NCBI GenBank assembly: GCA_946405515.1
Contig: CAMJHM010000001.1
Location: 13,289-77,288, forward strand
Reading direction: 5' to 3'
Length of the DNA stretch: 64,000 nucleotides
Source of the DNA: an uncultured Fibrobacter sp.
GTDB lineage: Bacteria > Fibrobacterota > Fibrobacteria > Fibrobacterales > Fibrobacteraceae
The position numbers and the translations under genes were made by a program. Positions 60,361 through 64,000 of this stretch are shown piece after piece. The stretch's first letter is position 1, and each line of letters opens with the position of its first letter. Below the pieces are notes generated by a model, which saw nothing but the letters and a program-made list of their open reading frames with translations, was not told where the DNA came from and ran no database searches.

Positions 60361-61038
60361 ATGTCACAACATCTAAGTAGGTTGACATTAGTCCCTTATT
60401 TCAAAAGTGGGAAAAAATTGCAACGCATCCCTAATCGGGACCCGTTCAGCGTCATGTTGAACCCAGAAACATTTACAGTCATCGATGGAATTGAAAAGGT
60501 TTCTTTTTTCGATGGAAGAATAAATCAAGAATTCCACATGCTCAAAAGTTCGACATTTAAACTTTCAACAATCCTCCTCGATGCAACGGGAGCGATTCCA
60601 AAAGATTTGTGGCCCAAAGGATGCAACAGTATCAAAGATATGATGGATTGCCTGAAAAAAGCAACCATTATGCCTTATGGAGAAGCACATAATGTCCCCA
60701 TAATAAAAATACATTGGTGCGGAATGTCTTTTACGGCTTATGCTTCAGGGCTAAAAACAGATTACACTTTATTCAACGTCAAAGGAGTCCCGTTACGCGC
60801 CGAAGTCACTTTGGATCTCGTCCAAGATTTTTCTGAGGGTTGGCCGTATGAAGAATATAAATCTCCTGATTTAACACACCTTGTAGAAGTAAAAGCAGGC
60901 GATACTTTACCGCTGATGTGCAATCGCATCTATAACGACCCCTCGTATTATCTTCAAATAGCACGAATCAACGGCTTGACAAATTTCAGACAGATTAAGC
61001 CAGGAATGATGCTGGAATTTCCGCCAATCAGAGAGTAA
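60361..61038 (+). CDS. Tube initiator with LysM-like domain (Afp7-like)
   Basis: MLNPE, YTLF...G.PLRA, SPDLTH..VKAGDTLPL...IY...IARIN.L.NFR. Confidence 0.88.
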   Translation: MSQHLSRLTLVPYFKSGKKLQRIPNRDPFSVMLNPETFTVIDGIEKVSFFDGRINQEFHMLKSSTFKLSTILLDATGAIPKDLWPKGCNSIKDMMDCLKKATIMPYGEAHNVPIIKIHWCGMSFTAYASGLKTDYTLFNVKGVPLRAEVTLDLVQDFSEGWPYEEYKSPDLTHLVEVKAGDTLPLMCNRIYNDPSYYLQIARINGLTNFRQIKPGMMLEFPPIRE

Positions 61039-61041
61039 ACG

Positions 61042-62829
61042 ATGCCAGAGTCTCCTTTAAATAGTGCCAGCCAAGTTGTTGAATGCGCGCTTTTCTGTGG
61101 AGGGAAAGCATTACCATCAACGACAACGATTTTATCTGCAGATGTAGATTATCACATCAATTGCATTCCAAAGGCAACGATTGTCCTTGCCGATGGAGAT
61201 ATCACCAGAGGTAAATTTGAGCTGTGCGAAGATGACCAATTAAAGCCAGGCAAGGAGATTACGCTCAAAGCGGGATACGATGCAAATCTCGAGCCTATTT
61301 TTACAGGCACAATCGTACGCCTAGGGGTCACCACTCAAGCAAATGGAAGAAGTTGTACAAAAATCGAGTGCCGCCACAAGGCAATCGCAATGACAAAATC
61401 ACGCAAAAGCGTATGTTATGTGAACAAGAGCGACGACAATATCGTCTCCGAAATAACATCAAAATATAATGTGGACATCAGCTCATCCATGGGGGGCGCC
61501 ACCCATAAAGAAATATTGCAATATTACTGCACAGACTGGGATTTCATCATGACCCGAGCCGAAGCAAATGGTTGCTGGTTATTGGCCGATAACAATGGCC
61601 TTTCAATAAAACCCATTGCCGCCGGAGGGAATGCGGCCATTTCGCTCACTTGGGGAACCGACCTCATCGATTTCAATGCGACAGTTGATGCCGAAAACCA
61701 AATAAAAAAAGCGGTATCATGTTCCTGGGATATCACCAAACAAGATATGATTTCCAGCAATTCCGATGCGCAATCCGTTCAATCTCAAGGAAACCTAGCT
61801 GCAGCTGATTTGCAAAAAGCCCTCCCCATACCAAACGCCTTATTGCAAACAAATTCTCCAATAGACAGCGACACACTCAAAACTTGGGCAAAAGCGGAGC
61901 AACTAAAAAATGAACTTTCCCGCATTTATGGCAATGCGACATGCATCGGGAACGCAAAAGTAAATTTAGGCGAAAAGCTCAAACTTGATTATATAAGCAC
62001 ACGTTTTAATGGCGATGCCCTTGTATCGGGGATACGCCACCACTTAGAGCCCGCCTTTTGGAAAACGACCTTCTCCTTTGGGATGAAAAAAGAATGGTAT
62101 GCCGAAAAATTCAGTACCATGGCTCCAACAGCTTCCGGTTACAACTGTGGAATCACAGGCCTCATGACAGGCATTGTTGAACAGATTAGCGACGATCCGG
62201 ACAAACTCAATCGCGTCAAAGTAAAAATCCCTCTGATGCAAGGCGATGAAAAAACAATATGGGCTCGCCTCGGGACTCCATACGCCTCCAACGGTATTGG
62301 CGGGCTCTTTTTCCCAGAAAAAGGCGACGAAGTCGTACTCGGATTTTTTAATGGAGACCCATCCAGCCCTGTAATTCTCGGGAGCCTCTACAGTTCAAAA
62401 AATAATGTCCCACAGAAACTAGAACAACCGAACAACATCAAGCAACTTTTAACCCGAGCAAAACTCAGTGTTGTCTTTGACGAAGAAAAAAAATCCATTA
62501 CAATAACCACCCCGGGAAAAAGAAAAATCGTACTGGACGACGATGGCAAAAAAATATCACTGGAAGATCCCGACAAGAACAAAGTCGAAATGAGCAGCAG
62601 CGGAATCAAATTTGATTCGCCAAAAGATATTGTCGTCAGCACCAAAGGGAAATTCAATGTCGATGCCAAAGGCGGCATCATCCTCAAATCGGCAACAGAC
62701 CTGAAAGGCGAAGGTTTGAACGTAGAATTCAAGGCAAAAGTCGGGCTCAAGGCCCAAGGGACTGCCACGGCAGAAATTTCGGCTTCGGGACAGACCGTTG
62801 TCAAGGGCGCCATGGTCATGATCAACTAG
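61042..62829 (+). CDS. VgrG-like spike (Afp8-like)
   Basis: QYYCTDWDFI, RVKVKIP, WARL, FFPEKGDEV, gp5-like beta-repeat tail ending VKGAMVMIN. Confidence 0.92.
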   Translation: MPESPLNSASQVVECALFCGGKALPSTTTILSADVDYHINCIPKATIVLADGDITRGKFELCEDDQLKPGKEITLKAGYDANLEPIFTGTIVRLGVTTQANGRSCTKIECRHKAIAMTKSRKSVCYVNKSDDNIVSEITSKYNVDISSSMGGATHKEILQYYCTDWDFIMTRAEANGCWLLADNNGLSIKPIAAGGNAAISLTWGTDLIDFNATVDAENQIKKAVSCSWDITKQDMISSNSDAQSVQSQGNLAAADLQKALPIPNALLQTNSPIDSDTLKTWAKAEQLKNELSRIYGNATCIGNAKVNLGEKLKLDYISTRFNGDALVSGIRHHLEPAFWKTTFSFGMKKEWYAEKFSTMAPTASGYNCGITGLMTGIVEQISDDPDKLNRVKVKIPLMQGDEKTIWARLGTPYASNGIGGLFFPEKGDEVVLGFFNGDPSSPVILGSLYSSKNNVPQKLEQPNNIKQLLTRAKLSVVFDEEKKSITITTPGKRKIVLDDDGKKISLEDPDKNKVEMSSSGIKFDSPKDIVVSTKGKFNVDAKGGIILKSATDLKGEGLNVEFKAKVGLKAQGTATAEISASGQTVVKGAMVMIN

Positions 62830-62838
62830 GGAGAAGAT

Positions 62839-63138
62839 ATGCCACCAGCAGCAAGAATTACCGACATGCACACATGCCCCATGCAGACTCCCGGAGTTCC
62901 GCCCGTACCGCACGTAGGCGGGCCAGTCATCGGCCCTGGAGTTCCCACCGTCTTGATTGGCGGCATGCCCGCTGCCGTCATGGGAGACAACTGCGTATGC
63001 TCAGGCCCTCCCGATGTAATTGTCAAAGGTTCCGCTACGGTCATGATTAACAAGAAACCCGCCGCGCGCATGGGCGATTCCACCGCTCATGGCGGCACCA
63101 TCGTCTTGGGATGCCCTACGGTGCAGATAGGAGGATAA
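62839..63138 (+). CDS. PAAR-repeat spike tip protein
   Basis: PAARITD, PAAVMGD, PAARMGD. Confidence 0.95.
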   Translation: MPPAARITDMHTCPMQTPGVPPVPHVGGPVIGPGVPTVLIGGMPAAVMGDNCVCSGPPDVIVKGSATVMINKKPAARMGDSTAHGGTIVLGCPTVQIGG

Positions 63139-63543
63139 ATGGATTCTCTGACTTTTCTTGGACGTGGGTGGAAATTCCCGTTGAAATTTGAAAATGGCAC
63201 CGTCGCCATGTCCGAAGCCGAAGAAGATATCGAAGAGAGTCTGCGCATTTTGCTAGGGACACACCCTGGCGAACGTATAATGCGCCCCGAATTCGGTTGC
63301 GGCATCCATAAGTATTGTTTCAATGATTACAGCAACGTGACACTCTTGCAAATCACAGACGAAATCAAGGATGCCATAAAACAATTCGAGCCAAGAATTG
63401 AAATCGAGAATATTGACATTAAAGCAGAAGCAATGGACGAGGTAATGGAAATCTGCATCTATTACAAAGTCATCGCCACCAACAGCCGCCGCAATTTGGT
63501 GTATCCGTTCTACATAAACGAAGCTACAGACGCCTCAATATAA
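63139..63543 (+). CDS. gp25/GPW baseplate protein (Afp9-like)
   Basis: FLGRGWKFP, GERIMRPEFGC, EPRI, NLVYPFY. Confidence 0.93.
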   Translation: MDSLTFLGRGWKFPLKFENGTVAMSEAEEDIEESLRILLGTHPGERIMRPEFGCGIHKYCFNDYSNVTLLQITDEIKDAIKQFEPRIEIENIDIKAEAMDEVMEICIYYKVIATNSRRNLVYPFYINEATDASI

Positions 63544-63553
63544 GGGAATATTT

Positions 63554-64000
63554 GTGAAGGACCACGTTTTCGTCAATGATGGATTGAGTCAGCAAGCCCG
63601 CTCGTTCAAGGAACTAGCGAGGGATTTTGTCGCAATCAACGACATGTCCTTAGAGCAGCTACTCGAAAAAATCTACGATTACGAACAGCAACACGATTGC
63701 CCGCAAGTCCTCGATAAAAAAGATATTCCGGCCCTAGTGAGCGCCATTGAATCGGAGGCCGACGGGAATGCAGAACCCTCGGCAGCCATTTACGCCATAT
63801 TCGCAAAACTTCTAGAGCACATCCAAAAGCACCTGAACGAATTGCCGGAACGCCGTATTGACTTCTATTTCCGCAAAGTGCTCGGAGAAAAGCCGAACGA
63901 AGCACACGGTGACCACGCCCATATCGTATTCCCCATCGAGGTAGAAGATTTCAACTACAAATTACCCAAAGGAACGCGATTTACCGCAGGCACAAACGAA
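63554..64000 (+). CDS. Baseplate J-like protein (Afp11-like), partial
   Basis: Manual translation from GTG 63554: DGLSQQAR...HLNELPERRIDFYFRKVL; open to the window end. Confidence 0.75.
   Translation, partial: MKDHVFVNDGLSQQARSFKELARDFVAINDMSLEQLLEKIYDYEQQHDCPQVLDKKDIPALVSAIESEADGNAEPSAAIYAIFAKLLEHIQKHLNELPERRIDFYFRKVLGEKPNEAHGDHAHIVFPIEVEDFNYKLPKGTRFTAGTNE

Noticed and set aside
1-64000. CRISPR arrays, tRNA/rRNA genes, IS transposases
   Set aside because: None recognised by eye; a covariance-model scan was not possible.

Overview
A ~50% GC bacterial chromosome segment. Fibrobacter-like origin is an inference from SprA, BatD/E, the esterase architecture and the EF-Tu N-terminus. Left to right: (1) 1-13.4 kb, three minus-strand units, each with its own promoter, a lipoprotein gene and a secreted SHSMG alpha/beta-hydrolase gene. 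Only the most downstream hydrolase is long (>1185 aa, runs off the window). The two upstream copies are truncated, mosaic N-terminal cassettes ending in DNA identical to the long gene. An EcoRI-family methyltransferase plus a DUF262/HNH nuclease lies inside the array. (2) Housekeeping-like genes: TPR protein, sigma-70 factor, DUF971, Mrp, ModF-like ATPase, esterase, MqnC-like radical SAM, two unannotated small ORFs, BatD/E, two paralogous putative outer-membrane proteins, heparinase II/III, SprA. (3) An aryl-polyene-type fatty-acid synthase cluster (38.2-52.1 kb). (4) Three tandem EF-Tu-derived genes: domains 2-3 only; a pseudo-GTPase with doubled domains 2-3; an intact but divergent EF-Tu. 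(5) Directly after, an Afp/PVC-type contractile injection system (eCIS/T6SS-iv-like) running off the right edge. The best candidates for undescribed systems are the EF-Tu array beside the injection system and the N-terminal cassette-swapping lipase/lipoprotein array. All calls come from reading the sequence; no searches were run.
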